Assembly: GCA_013214265.1 (NCBI GenBank)
Contig: JABSSK010000002.1
Span: 1 to 48,803, forward strand
Origin: Saprospiraceae bacterium
GTDB lineage: Bacteria; Bacteroidota; Bacteroidia; Chitinophagales; Saprospiraceae
DNA: 48,803 nt
Direction: 5' to 3'
Shown here: piece after piece, positions 1 to 9,785 of the stretch
Numbering within the stretch: position 1 is the first letter of the stretch
How the letters are laid out: each line of letters opens with the position of its first letter
Notes under the pieces: model-generated
Told to the model about the DNA's origin: nothing
The model's input: the letters and a program-made list of their open reading frames with translations, nothing else
The model's database searches: none
Program-made: the position numbers and the translations under genes

Positions 1-1265
1 TTCCGGAGGAGGTAAAGCTCAGTCGGGATTCTTTGGCCTTGATTGATGATTTGATGCAGGAAGCCATTCAGGAAAGGGCTACACCGGGCGGTGTGATATT
101 GGTGGCGCGTGATCGCCAAATAGTTTGGCACAAGGCATATGGTCACCATACTTATACCCAAAGAACGCCCACTAGGGTTGATGACTTGTTTGATGTAGCC
201 TCCATAACCAAGGTAGCAGCTACAACAATTTCAGTAATGAAAATGGAGGAAGAGGGTCTGGTTGACGTGGCAAAGCCAATGAGCTGGTATTTGCCTGCAT
301 TAAGGGTAACTAACAAATCTGACCTGGAACTTGGCGATGTGATGGCTCATCAATCGGGATTGAAACCTTGGATCCCGTTTTATCGAGAGACACTTACCCC
401 AAAGGGGCGTTACCCAACGCCAGCACTTGCTTATTATCGGAAGGAAAAGCAGGATGAGTTTTCTGTTCCAGTATCACCTGACTTATATATGAGGAATGAT
501 TACAGGGATACGATTTGGCAGACTATTTTTGAATCTGATTTGCTCAAGAAAAAAAAGTATCGATACAGTGACTTGGGGTTCATTCTAATGACCAAGATGA
601 TTGCGCATCGTACGGGTTTAGATTTGGATGTATTTGCGAATCAACACTTCTATGGTCCTATGGGATTGGAGCATATAACATTCAATCCGTGGCAAGACAT
701 GAAGCTTGACCGGGTTGTTCCTACGGAAGAGGATCAATACTTCAGGGATAATCGGTTGCAGGGGTACGTACATGATATGGCGGCAGCTATGTTGGGTGGT
801 GTGAGTGGTCATGCTGGGTTGTTTTCCAATGCTAAGGATTTGGCGGCAATTTTCCAGATGCTTTTGAATGGAGGGAAGTATGGAGGGTCAAAACTGTTAG
901 AGCGGGAAACTATCGATCTGTTCACAACCCGCTACAAAAATAGCACGCGACGAGGTCTTGGATTTGATATGCTACAGTTGGATCGTCGATCTTCGGCCAA
1001 CTTGTCAGAGAAAGCATCTGAAAAGACTTTTGGCCACCTTGGGTTTACGGGTACTTGTATCTGGGCAGATCCGGAAGCTCAGCTGATCTACGTTTTTCTG
1101 TCAAACCGAACATTCCCTACTATGGGGAATTATGAGCTGAATAAGTTGGATACGCGTATTCGCATACAGGATCAGGTCTACCGGTCTTTGTTGGATAAGC
1201 CCTACGCTACGGATAAGAAGAGCAACCCATACCCGAAGGCGGCAGGACCTGCGGCAGGCGAGTAA
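1..1265 (+). CDS. Serine hydrolase, beta-lactamase-related (class C / PBP4*-like) domain; 5' end cut by window edge
   Basis: The track ORF 33..1265 starts at TTG, but the same frame is open back to nt 3 (PEEVKLSRDS...). The gene therefore probably begins upstream of the window. The translation shows the S-x-x-K nucleophile motif (ASITK) and an HLGFTG box near the C-terminus. Confidence 0.8.
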   Translation, partial: PEEVKLSRDSLALIDDLMQEAIQERATPGGVILVARDRQIVWHKAYGHHTYTQRTPTRVDDLFDVASITKVAATTISVMKMEEEGLVDVAKPMSWYLPALRVTNKSDLELGDVMAHQSGLKPWIPFYRETLTPKGRYPTPALAYYRKEKQDEFSVPVSPDLYMRNDYRDTIWQTIFESDLLKKKKYRYSDLGFILMTKMIAHRTGLDLDVFANQHFYGPMGLEHITFNPWQDMKLDRVVPTEEDQYFRDNRLQGYVHDMAAAMLGGVSGHAGLFSNAKDLAAIFQMLLNGGKYGGSKLLERETIDLFTTRYKNSTRRGLGFDMLQLDRRSSANLSEKASEKTFGHLGFTGTCIWADPEAQLIYVFLSNRTFPTMGNYELNKLDTRIRIQDQVYRSLLDKPYATDKKSNPYPKAAGPAAGE

Positions 1266-1320
1266 AGAACCTTTTATTTTGCCATTAGGGATTGTATCTT
1301 CACGGCTAAATTGTTTAATC

Positions 1321-2538
1321 ATGAATTTATCCTTTCGTATTGCACGCCGGTATCTTTTTGCTAAGCGGTCGACCAATGCGATTAATATAATCACCGGAAT
1401 TTCCATTTTTGGTTTATCTGTAGGAACAGCAGCACTCATTCTGGTTTCTTCGGTATTCAATGGGTTTGATGACTTGATCAGTGGTATGTACGGGAATTTC
1501 AATCCGGATTTGCGGGTTACCCCCGAAATAGGAAAATCCTTTTCTCTGACAGATAAGCAACTGCAAGTGTTACGAGGGCTACCCGAGGTGGCATATGTTT
1601 CCCAAACGCTGGAAGAGATTGCTTTTTTTGAATATTCTGATAAGCAAGATTTCGGCTTATTGAAGGGCGTAGACGAATACTACCAGTTAGTTACAAATAT
1701 TGATTCTACCATACGAGAAGGGTCTTTTGCCCTCACTAAGGGAGAGCAAGATATGGTTGTTCTGGGGATGGGGATGCGGGTAAAACTTGCTGTTGATGTA
1801 AATAATCCGTTCAATGGTATTAACGTGTACATGGCTAAGAAAGAGGGAGCTGGGTTATTTGGGGAGCCTTTTCGCCGCCGCACGGTTCAGCCAGCAGGGT
1901 CATTTCTTGTTCAGCAGGATTTTGATAACCAGTACGTTCTGAGTTCGATCGGCTTCGCTCGTAAAATGCTGGCTACTCGAGATGAAGTGAGTGCGCTGGA
2001 AATCAAAGTGGCAGAAGGGTATCGCCCAATAGATGCAAAGCGTGTACTAGAACAAGAACTAGGAGATGGTTTTGTAATAAAGGACAGATATGAGCAGGAA
2101 GAAGCTTTTATGAAGTTGATGCAGTTGGAAAAATGGATGGGATTTGCAATTGGAAGTTTAATGCTATTGTTAATTGCATTCAATTTAGTGGGAGCTCTCT
2201 GGATGATTGTTTTGGAAAAGAAAAATGATATTTCGATTTTGAAATCTATGGGTGCCACCAATACAACGGTCAGGAATATTTTTCTGAAAGAAGGACTGTT
2301 ACTCACAGCAATTGGTCTGGGTACAGGTTTGGGGTTGGCTATGCTTTTATATATAGCCCAGAAGCAATTGGATTTGATTGGCATCCCAGGGTCTTTTATG
2401 GTTAGTGCCTACCCCATTAGTATGCGGTGGGGTGATGTTGTGATTATCACAATTACCGTACTGCTTATTGGGTTGATTGCTTCTATTCCTCCTGCTTTGC
2501 GAGCTATCCGCGTTCCTGCTCTGATGCGAGAAGAGTAG
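1321..2538 (+). CDS. LolC/E-like FtsX-family ABC transporter permease
   Basis: Start trimmed to the ATG at 1321 (MNLSFRIARRYLFAKRSTNAINIITGISIFGLSVG), a typical LolC/E N-terminus. A large periplasmic domain is followed by three C-terminal TM helices (FtsX fold). Confidence 0.8.
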   Translation: MNLSFRIARRYLFAKRSTNAINIITGISIFGLSVGTAALILVSSVFNGFDDLISGMYGNFNPDLRVTPEIGKSFSLTDKQLQVLRGLPEVAYVSQTLEEIAFFEYSDKQDFGLLKGVDEYYQLVTNIDSTIREGSFALTKGEQDMVVLGMGMRVKLAVDVNNPFNGINVYMAKKEGAGLFGEPFRRRTVQPAGSFLVQQDFDNQYVLSSIGFARKMLATRDEVSALEIKVAEGYRPIDAKRVLEQELGDGFVIKDRYEQEEAFMKLMQLEKWMGFAIGSLMLLLIAFNLVGALWMIVLEKKNDISILKSMGATNTTVRNIFLKEGLLLTAIGLGTGLGLAMLLYIAQKQLDLIGIPGSFMVSAYPISMRWGDVVIITITVLLIGLIASIPPALRAIRVPALMREE

Positions 2539-2598
2539 GTGCTAGAGAGTCGGTAGAAGTCATCCTTTCGTCTTATATTTGCGGGCAATACAAGAAAT

Positions 2599-2982
2599 AT
2601 GGAAGCGTGGGAATTTGATTTTAGGTGGTTGCGTGTCCGCCATATGGTTAAGGACCGGTTTGGAAAAGAAAATCTCCCTGACTTAAATGCTATTTTGTTC
2701 TTGGTTGGGGTTCAGGAATTGGGTCGCGGGCGATCGAGTTTTTCTAAGGAAGAGAAGCAGGACCTCATGCATATTGCGATTTGTCGGCTATTAAGTTATG
2801 ATGGTATATACGAATTTGGAGGCAGGGATCAGGATGGATGGCCACATTGGCGGCAGATGAAAACGATTCCGGTTAGGGGGGTAGAGGAACAAGAGCAATT
2901 GTTAAAAGAATATGTTATTCAATATTTTTCAGACCTTGAATTAGAAAATGGAGGTCTGGAAAAAAAAACCGAAGAAGAATGA
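2599..2982 (+). CDS. Hypothetical protein (127 aa, acidic C-terminal tail)
   Basis: Clean ORF in the same orientation as its neighbours. Its TGA stop overlaps the ATG of the next gene (ATGA at 2979..2982). I recognise no family motif. Confidence 0.55.
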   Translation: MEAWEFDFRWLRVRHMVKDRFGKENLPDLNAILFLVGVQELGRGRSSFSKEEKQDLMHIAICRLLSYDGIYEFGGRDQDGWPHWRQMKTIPVRGVEEQEQLLKEYVIQYFSDLELENGGLEKKTEEE

Positions 2983-3620
2983 AAGGAGTCTTTTGGTTTT
3001 GGGTTTTGGTTGTCATGATAGTCACGTCTTGCCAACAATCTAGTGATCCGGTTGTACTGATTTCTACTCGCCATGGGGATATTAAAGTAATGCTGTATAA
3101 TTCAACACCACTACACCGTGACAACTTTATTGAGTTGGCGGAGCAAGGTTTTTACGATAGCACATTATTCCATCGGGTTATTCCAGGGTTCATGATTCAG
3201 GGTGGTGATCCGGATTCAAGAATGGCAGCTCCCGGGCAGCGATTGGGGATGGGGGGCCCAGGTTACAAGATTGATGCTGAAATTGGTGCGCCGCATATTC
3301 GCGGGGCATTGGCTGCTGCCAGAGACGGAAATCCAGCCAAACGTTCGAGTGGGTCACAATTCTACATCGTTAGTGGAAGGGGTGTAACGGATCGTGATCT
3401 GGATGCTCTGGAGCAGCAGAAAGGCATTCAATATAATGATGCGCAACGCCAACTGTATAAGGAGTTGGGGGGAGCACCTATGCTAGATCAGGATTATACG
3501 GTTTTTGGAGAGGTAATATCAGGTATGGAAGTAGTTGATGCTATTGTACAAGAATCAAGAGATCGCTCGGATCGTCCAGTTGAAGATGTACGTATGCAAA
3601 TGCAGGTGTTGAAAAAATAA
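2979..3620 (+). CDS. Peptidyl-prolyl cis-trans isomerase, cyclophilin type, lipoprotein
   Basis: Cyclophilin signature FHRVIPGFMIQGGDP. The N-terminal signal ends in a lipobox-like VTSC. Confidence 0.9.
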   Translation: MKGVFWFWVLVVMIVTSCQQSSDPVVLISTRHGDIKVMLYNSTPLHRDNFIELAEQGFYDSTLFHRVIPGFMIQGGDPDSRMAAPGQRLGMGGPGYKIDAEIGAPHIRGALAAARDGNPAKRSSGSQFYIVSGRGVTDRDLDALEQQKGIQYNDAQRQLYKELGGAPMLDQDYTVFGEVISGMEVVDAIVQESRDRSDRPVEDVRMQMQVLKK

Positions 3621-3625
3621 GCAGT

Positions 3626-4564
3626 ATGAAAAGAGATGGTATTTATCTGTGCGTAATGGTGGCTGTTCTGTTGGTGCTGGCGAGTTGTGGACGGCCAATG
3701 GATTCATTTTCAGTAGCAGATACGGAGGATGAGTATGCGCCAACAACGATTAAGTTTGAGAATAGCTCAACGAAAGCGACCTACTACGAGTGGGATTTTG
3801 GAGACGGTACGGTTTCTCAAGCTTCAAACCCAGAGCATCTTTTTGCGGAAGCAGGAAACTACCTGATTACGTTGAAGGCCTTTAATGATAATAAGGAAGT
3901 GAGCGAAGCGTATCAGCGACTGGAGGTAATAGGCCCTGATAAGTGTTTAGTTGAATTGGAGACTGACTTTGGTAAAATGATCATTGAGCTCTTTGATGCT
4001 ACTCCATTGCATCGAGATAATTTTATGAAGTTAGCGGAGGAAGGCTTTTACGATGACTTACTTTTTCATAGGGTCATAAAAGGCTTTATGATTCAGGGAG
4101 GAGACCCTAAATCCAGGTCTGCGCAGCCCAATGCTCCTTTGGGGTCTGGGGGTCCAGGGTATACGATCCCTGCTGAATTTGTCGATACTTTGGTACATGT
4201 GAAAGGGGCATTAGCTGCTGCACGCACAGGAGATTCAGTAAATCCTGAGCGAAGGAGTTCGGGGTCCCAGTTTTATATAGTCGACGGGCGTCAGGTGTCA
4301 GAGCAAATACTCTCCAGTGTTGAAGGAAGAAATAATTTCAGGTATGCTACTTCCAGTAAGAATGTATATCTTAAAGTGGGCGGTACGCCAATGCTAGACC
4401 AAAACTATACGGTTTTCGGACGTGTGATTCAGGGATTAGGCGTGATTGACCAAATTGCGGCTTCTCGAACTAACCCAAGGGACAGACCTGTAAATGATGT
4501 AAAAATGAAAATGCGTATTGTGCGCTATGTTCCTGGGAAAGGAGCGATTCAACAGAAACCTTAA
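3626..4564 (+). CDS. PKD-domain / cyclophilin-type peptidyl-prolyl isomerase fusion, lipoprotein
   Basis: Signal peptide with LASC lipobox. PKD-like segment (YYEWDFGDGTVSQASNPEHLFAEAGNYLITLKAFN) followed by FHRVIKGFMIQGGDP. Confidence 0.85.
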   Translation: MKRDGIYLCVMVAVLLVLASCGRPMDSFSVADTEDEYAPTTIKFENSSTKATYYEWDFGDGTVSQASNPEHLFAEAGNYLITLKAFNDNKEVSEAYQRLEVIGPDKCLVELETDFGKMIIELFDATPLHRDNFMKLAEEGFYDDLLFHRVIKGFMIQGGDPKSRSAQPNAPLGSGGPGYTIPAEFVDTLVHVKGALAAARTGDSVNPERRSSGSQFYIVDGRQVSEQILSSVEGRNNFRYATSSKNVYLKVGGTPMLDQNYTVFGRVIQGLGVIDQIAASRTNPRDRPVNDVKMKMRIVRYVPGKGAIQQKP

Positions 4565-4573
4565 ATAAATAAA

Positions 4574-5323
4574 GTGCAGGAACAAATTCTAGGCATAGAT
4601 ATAGGAGGAACAGGTATCAAGGGAGCGTTGGTTGATATCACAAAAGGTGAAATGGTGACGGAACGACTCAGAGCTATGACTCCTCAACCAGCAACACCGG
4701 AAGCGGTAGCAAAAACATTTGCTCAGTTGGTCAAACAACATAGCTATGAAGGCCCTATTGGTGTTGGTTTCCCTTCTGTCATTCGTAATGGGGTGGCGAT
4801 TACCGCTTCTAATATAGATAAAGCATGGATCGGAACGAACGCGGAGGCCATTCTTTCTGATATGACTGGCCAACCTGTTTATGTGCTTAATGATGCTGAT
4901 GCAGCTGGTATAGCAGAGATGTCCTTTGGTATAGGCCAACGCTATAAAGGGTTGGTTGTTATGATTACGATTGGTTCAGGACTGGGTTCTGCATTATTCA
5001 TGAACGGTGAGTTAATTCCAAACACAGAATTTGGGCATTTCAAAATGCATGGCGATATAGCAGAAAAATACGCTTCCAATAAAACGCGTAAAAGCCTAGA
5101 CCTAAGCTGGGAAGATTGGGGTAAACGGTTTAATGCTTATCTGCAGGAACTCTATTTATACCTTTCTCCTAATGCGTTCATTTTAAGTGGTGGTATCAGT
5201 AAGAAATTCAATAAGTTCGAGGCATTTCTTGATGTTCCTATACCCATTGAACCGGCTTCTTTGCTTAATAATGCCGGAACCGTTGGTGCGGCTTTATATG
5301 CTGAGAAAAGATCCCGAAGCTAA
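4574..5323 (+). CDS. ppgK: Polyphosphate glucokinase (ROK family, no HTH domain)
   Basis: GTG start. [12 protein letters not shown] phosphate-binding loop, [11 protein letters not shown], and GGGISKK near the C-terminus. The translation is collinear with actinobacterial PPGK as I recall it. Confidence 0.8.
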   Translation: MQEQILGIDIGGTGIKGALVDITKGEMVTERLRAMTPQPATPEAVAKTFAQLVKQHSYEGPIGVGFPSVIRNGVAITASNIDKAWIGTNAEAILSDMTGQPVYVLNDADAAGIAEMSFGIGQRYKGLVVMITIGSGLGSALFMNGELIPNTEFGHFKMHGDIAEKYASNKTRKSLDLSWEDWGKRFNAYLQELYLYLSPNAFILSGGISKKFNKFEAFLDVPIPIEPASLLNNAGTVGAALYAEKRSRS

Positions 5324-5332
5324 CGCTCTGTT

Positions 5333-6727
5333 TTATGGGCGATACGCCATAATTATAGTTAGCACTTCAGGGTCCAATTCAAGTGTAGGTGCGACATCGA
5401 AGAGGGATATATGTTGGTCAAAATCCTCAGTTAATGCTTCTCCTAAGCGGTACAGAGCTTCCTGACGTTTACCTAATATAAATAAGCATGCAATGCGGGC
5501 ATAATAAAGAATAATACTTGGCGCTTCTTCTTCTCCATCCATAACTATTCGAAGAGCCTCATCCGGTTGATTGGTTTCTAATAAATAGGTGGTGTATTTT
5601 AACCAATAATAGTATTCCTCGGGAGCTAGTTTTATCGCTCTAAGATAGTATTCTTCCGCTTCAGCCTCACGGGCCAAATGGCAAAGTGTTTCACCCATTG
5701 AAAGGTAGTACTCTTCACGGAAGTTTTCGATTTCCAGTGCGCGCTCATAGAAAACTAGAGCTTTTGTCCATTTGTTTTCAAAAGCATAACATTCGCCAAT
5801 ATGAAAGTAGGCTTCATCATTCATAGGGTCAAATGAAATGGCTTCCTTAAAGTATTGACGCGCTACATCATGAAGGTCGAGGTACATAAAACATTGCCCA
5901 CACCTGAGCATTAAATCACTATCTGGAGGAAAGCGCCTTAGAATTTCCTGAAAACCTTCCAGTGCTTTTCTATAATCTTTAATTTCAAAGCTCAGCTCGG
6001 CATATTCACGATAAGCAAATTCAAATTCTTCATTAGAAAGGAAAGCAAATTCAAAAGCCTCAATGGCATCTCCGTACTGTCCCATGTAAGCATAAGCGTG
6101 GCCTAAATTGTACCAAGCCAAGTAGCTGTAGGGGTTGTCGTCAATGACTCGGCGATGAATATCAATACTTTCCGCATATCGCTTGGTTGCTTCGATGCAT
6201 ATCCACATACCTTCTAGCGCACCTTGATGGGAAGGGTTCAGATGCAACGCAGACTGGAGAACAAAAAACATTTGTTCATATGACTCTTGGTTGTCATAAA
6301 TATGAGCTTTGGTAACGTACAAGTCCGTTAGCTCCTCTTCGGAAACACAGGTGCCTAGCATTTCTAGCATATCTAGTGCTTCTTGATGAAAACCATTGTC
6401 GCTGAGTGCTTCCGCTTTCATAAGTTGAATGTCGAAATTACCAGGGGCGAAGTTTTCAGCAATACGTAACGTGTCCAATGCTTGCTGATGTTCGTGTTGA
6501 TGAATCAAAAGGTCAGCTTTACGCAAGTAAAAATCAGCTGAAAAGGGGTGGTGAGTAAGGGCATGTTCCACGGCTTCCATGGCCCTGTCAATTTGCTGAT
6601 CCTCTAGGAAATAATCAATGAGTTGAGAATAGGTTTCTTCATTGAAAAAAGTATAATTAGCACTTTCTAGTGCAGATTCGTATTTAATCAAGAGGTCGTT
6701 AATCGATGGTTTTTGTTTATAACTCAT
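5333..6727 (-). CDS. Tetratricopeptide-repeat protein
   Basis: Start trimmed to MSYKQKP (ATG at 6727). Many degenerate 34-aa repeats with the A/Y/F spacing of TPRs (AWYNLGHAYAYMGQYGDAIEAFEFA and others). Confidence 0.75.
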   Translation of the reverse strand: MSYKQKPSINDLLIKYESALESANYTFFNEETYSQLIDYFLEDQQIDRAMEAVEHALTHHPFSADFYLRKADLLIHQHEHQQALDTLRIAENFAPGNFDIQLMKAEALSDNGFHQEALDMLEMLGTCVSEEELTDLYVTKAHIYDNQESYEQMFFVLQSALHLNPSHQGALEGMWICIEATKRYAESIDIHRRVIDDNPYSYLAWYNLGHAYAYMGQYGDAIEAFEFAFLSNEEFEFAYREYAELSFEIKDYRKALEGFQEILRRFPPDSDLMLRCGQCFMYLDLHDVARQYFKEAISFDPMNDEAYFHIGECYAFENKWTKALVFYERALEIENFREEYYLSMGETLCHLAREAEAEEYYLRAIKLAPEEYYYWLKYTTYLLETNQPDEALRIVMDGEEEAPSIILYYARIACLFILGKRQEALYRLGEALTEDFDQHISLFDVAPTLELDPEVLTIIMAYRP

Positions 6728-7034
6728 AAGAGCTTGCCTGTAATTTACGCGGATTAGTACAATATATTCACAAAATACGACAAAGGCTGTTCCATTGTTG
6801 CCCACTTTTAGGCTTCGTTATGAAACGGTAGCTTTTGAGTGGTAAGTGGTAGATGCACGATCTAAGTTGCTGGCTGTTAACAATTTATATAAAAATACAT
6901 CTGTTAAGAAACCTTAACATAAAACTTCAAAAGGACAGAAGTCGCCTACACTGTTTGGTGTAGATAAAGTATTACTAATTTGCGAATACGATAGGTAGAT
7001 GCCGAGAAAAAATAATTTCTGGTAATTGTTGGTA

Positions 7035-7946
7035 CTAAGATACGTTGGAATTGATTTCAGGTTTCTTTTTATTGAAACTAACTAAGTACACACCTGAAAA
7101 AATAAGACAACCTGCTAATATTTTTATTCCCTGAAGTTGATCGATGCCCATGGACAGTGCGATCACTGTAGCGATAAATGGTTGTAAATAGATGTAAATA
7201 CTTACTACGGAAGCTTGTACTTGTTTGAGGGCATAGGCATTAAGCAGGTAAGCCAAAAAAGTAGTACAAATTAAAACATAAGCAACCGCTAGCCAAATAT
7301 TGGTCGTAAACGATGACCACTCTGTATCGAATAATGGTGGAACTCCAAAAGGTAAAATAATAATGAGTCCAAATGTGAAAGACCACTTGACAATCGTAAT
7401 CGGGTGATACTTTTTCATCAATGGTTTGGAAATGACCAGATAGGTACCGAAAGAAGTAGCATTGACCAAAATCATCAAGTCACCCAGTATTCCTTGCCCC
7501 CCGATATTAAATCGTTTACCATAAGAAATGAGCAATATAGCTCCGGAGGCACCAATTAAAATGCCTAAAACTTTACGCCAAGTAATTTTCTCGATCATCA
7601 ATAGAGCCGAGGTTACCAAAACCATAATTGGTGTAGTCGTCTGAATAAGTGAGGCATTGATCGGTGTGGTCAGGTTTAGTCCTGAAAAGAAAAATAGTTG
7701 ATTAAGGCCAATACCAAAAAGTCCACATAAAGCAAGGCGAGGAAAGTCACGGCGGTCCACTTTTTCCTGCACAAAAAGAATGTGGGCAATCCAAAACAAG
7801 ATGAATCCAGCAAGCCCTCTCAGGGCAATAAATGCAAAGGGTTGAAGGAACCCATCATTCATGACAATTTTCGCGATGGAGTAATTGGCTCCATAGATGA
7901 GCGAAACAGCCAAAAGGGCGAGATGAGCTCTTGTATTCTGTGGCAC
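7035..7946 (-). CDS. EamA/DMT-superfamily transporter
   Basis: GTG start. About 10 hydrophobic helices in two halves, with a typical EamA N-terminus (LALLAVSLIYGANYSIAK). Confidence 0.8.
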   Translation of the reverse strand: MPQNTRAHLALLAVSLIYGANYSIAKIVMNDGFLQPFAFIALRGLAGFILFWIAHILFVQEKVDRRDFPRLALCGLFGIGLNQLFFFSGLNLTTPINASLIQTTTPIMVLVTSALLMIEKITWRKVLGILIGASGAILLISYGKRFNIGGQGILGDLMILVNATSFGTYLVISKPLMKKYHPITIVKWSFTFGLIIILPFGVPPLFDTEWSSFTTNIWLAVAYVLICTTFLAYLLNAYALKQVQASVVSIYIYLQPFIATVIALSMGIDQLQGIKILAGCLIFSGVYLVSFNKKKPEINSNVS

Positions 7947-7970
7947 TAATTCAATTTTGCGGTAAAATAC

Positions 7971-8022
7971 AACCTACCATCCGGATTTATGGATATCCGT
8001 ATGGTAGGTTTGTAATTTTACA
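7971..8022 (-). terminator. Hairpin (10-bp outer stem AACCTACCAT/ATGGTAGGTT plus 5-bp inner stem) downstream of the LTXXQ gene
   Basis: The inverted repeat at 7971..8010 was read directly from the sequence. T/A-rich tracts lie on both sides. It sits between two minus-strand genes. Confidence 0.5.
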
Positions 8023-8131
8023 GCTTTTAAAGGTTCAATGACCAACAATGAATAATGTGAGATTTAGGTGTTCCTTGGTTGTTACAATTGCTTTGTCAAA
8101 TTAAGTGTGGTCATCATGGGCACGAAATGGG

Positions 8132-8581
8132 TTAATTACGACCACGGCGTTTTCTGATATCTAGTAAGCGTTCTACTACCTCTCGGTTGAACTCGCGTTC
8201 TGCCATTTCTAGTCTAACAATTTGACGAATAGAAATAACCTCTTGAAAACGCTTTATATAGGTTCTTTTTAAATCGACGAGTTTCGCTTCATTATCTAGT
8301 TTGTTCAGAATAAAATTTTCCAAATCTTGATCACTCATCTGGTTCATACCTTTTGGGGTCCTCAACGCCAGTTGGATAGATTTTTGTTCCGTTTGGTATT
8401 CATTGTAAATGGGCCAGAATGATTGGCTTTGTTGTGTTGTTAGTTTTATTTTATCCGTAATAAAAGCCACTTTCATGGCTTGCATCCTCTCGGTTGAAGG
8501 CGGAGTGGATTCGGCTTGGGCGTAGGCTCCGGATAAAGATATAGCCCACATAATAGCCACTAGGATTAGCGTATTTTTCAT
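8132..8581 (-). CDS. Periplasmic LTXXQ-motif (Spy/CpxP-like) protein
   Basis: Signal peptide ending in AYAQA. LTTQQ motif and a helical, charged remainder. It is the last gene of the ECF sigma cluster. Confidence 0.65.
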   Translation of the reverse strand: MKNTLILVAIMWAISLSGAYAQAESTPPSTERMQAMKVAFITDKIKLTTQQSQSFWPIYNEYQTEQKSIQLALRTPKGMNQMSDQDLENFILNKLDNEAKLVDLKRTYIKRFQEVISIRQIVRLEMAEREFNREVVERLLDIRKRRGRN

Positions 8582-8598
8582 CGTGTTTCTTTTCCTAT

Positions 8599-9102
8599 TT
8601 ATAAAATATCCTCAAGGGTTTGCTCACTGATATCGTTAATGAATTCATCGAGCAGGTTGTCAATGTCTTCCTCCGAAAAATCCTCTAGGGATAATTCCCA
8701 GTCAAAATCATCGGTTTGCTGAGTTACGTCCAAAATCATTTCTGGGCTAAATGCTTCGAGATTGGAGGAGACATAGCTTTCTAAATCTTCTTCTGAGGAA
8801 GCTGTAAGTATGGATTCCTCGGTGGACAGAGGCATTAATTGCCAGATGGCGACTACTAAAAGCATACAGGTTGCCATCGCTAGCACGGGCCTTGGTGGCA
8901 CCATGATCCAATGCAGAATTACTTGCCAAACACTATGGGAAGCATCAGGCTGCGGCTTTACCCGGTCAAAAACAGAAGTTTCCAACTCTCGAAAGTATCT
9001 GGGCGGTACACTGAAGCCATCTTGTGGTGACTGCTCTTTGAGCTTAGCCAGCGCAGGAGCGATGGACAGCAATTCGTCATTTACTTCTTTTGATGATTTC
9101 AT
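8599..9102 (-). CDS. Putative anti-sigma factor (single-pass membrane protein)
   Basis: Lies 5 bp downstream of the ECF sigma gene. One central TM helix (VLAMATCMLLVVAIWQL) and an acidic C-terminal region. The call rests on position and topology only. Confidence 0.55.
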   Translation of the reverse strand: MKSSKEVNDELLSIAPALAKLKEQSPQDGFSVPPRYFRELETSVFDRVKPQPDASHSVWQVILHWIMVPPRPVLAMATCMLLVVAIWQLMPLSTEESILTASSEEDLESYVSSNLEAFSPEMILDVTQQTDDFDWELSLEDFSEEDIDNLLDEFINDISEQTLEDIL

Positions 9103-9107
9103 ATCCT

Positions 9108-9677
9108 TTATGTATTCATTGTGGTTGCGACCACAGATTTTTCAATTTTTTTAACAGCGTGATGATATGATGCTTTTAATGCACCCGTTGAGGTACCGAG
9201 TATATCCGACATCTCCTGATAACTCATAGATTCAAAGTATCTCAAGTTAAACACGACCCTTTGCTTATCAGGCAGCGTGCCTAGTGCTTGTTGAAGTTGA
9301 GCCTGAGCCTGATTACCATCAAAGTAAGGATCAGCGGTTAGACGATCGGCTAAATGGAGGTCATCATCATCGATTGATTGAACTTGCTTTCTTTTCTGCT
9401 TTCGCAAAAAAGAAAGGGCCTCATTAGTTGCAATCCGATAGAGCCAGGTATACAACTGGGACTGGCCTCGGAAAGAGCTAAATTTTCGATATACCTTTAC
9501 CAAACAATCTTGTAGAACATCGTTTGCATCTTCATGCTCCAGAACCAGCCGGCGTATATGCCAGTACAGCCTTTCCTGATATTTACTGAGCAGTGCGCGA
9601 AATCCTTTTTCTTGCAGGTCTTTATCTCTTAACCAGGCAATAAGTTGCTCGTCGGATATGTGCTTTTCGTCTGACAA
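9108..9677 (-). CDS. RNA polymerase ECF-type sigma-70 factor
   Basis: Region 2 (LQDCLVKVYRKFSSFRGQSQLYTWLYRIATNEALSFLRK) and region 4 HTH (MSYQEMSDILGTSTGALKASYHHAVKKI). Confidence 0.9.
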   Translation of the reverse strand: MSDEKHISDEQLIAWLRDKDLQEKGFRALLSKYQERLYWHIRRLVLEHEDANDVLQDCLVKVYRKFSSFRGQSQLYTWLYRIATNEALSFLRKQKRKQVQSIDDDDLHLADRLTADPYFDGNQAQAQLQQALGTLPDKQRVVFNLRYFESMSYQEMSDILGTSTGALKASYHHAVKKIEKSVVATTMNT

Positions 9678-9785
9678 AGTCTTGGGCTTGATTTACGATT
9701 ACGATAAACTATTAACGATACACTGTAAGCTTGTTGGTGCTTTGACGCAAGAAATGGTTGAAGGTTTAATGGGTCAGACATTTTT

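Noticed and set aside
2960-2968. A9 homopolymer inside the 127-aa hypothetical gene as a possible phase-variation switch
   Set aside because: It lies only six codons from the stop, so slippage would barely change the protein. There is a single tract with no supporting evidence. It is noted in a finding only as a detail.
8810-9154. 114-aa plus-strand ORF overlapping the anti-sigma candidate and the sigma gene end
   Set aside because: It is antisense to two co-oriented genes of a coherent module. It has no motifs, and Cys/Ser/Thr-rich composition typical of shadow frames.
9671-9779. 7-bp inverted repeat GTCTGAC ... GTCAGAC followed by a T7 tract, between the Kir gene and the ECF sigma gene
   Set aside because: The arms are about 95 nt apart, too far for a terminator stem, and the left arm lies inside the sigma gene's first codons. 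It is likely coincidental.
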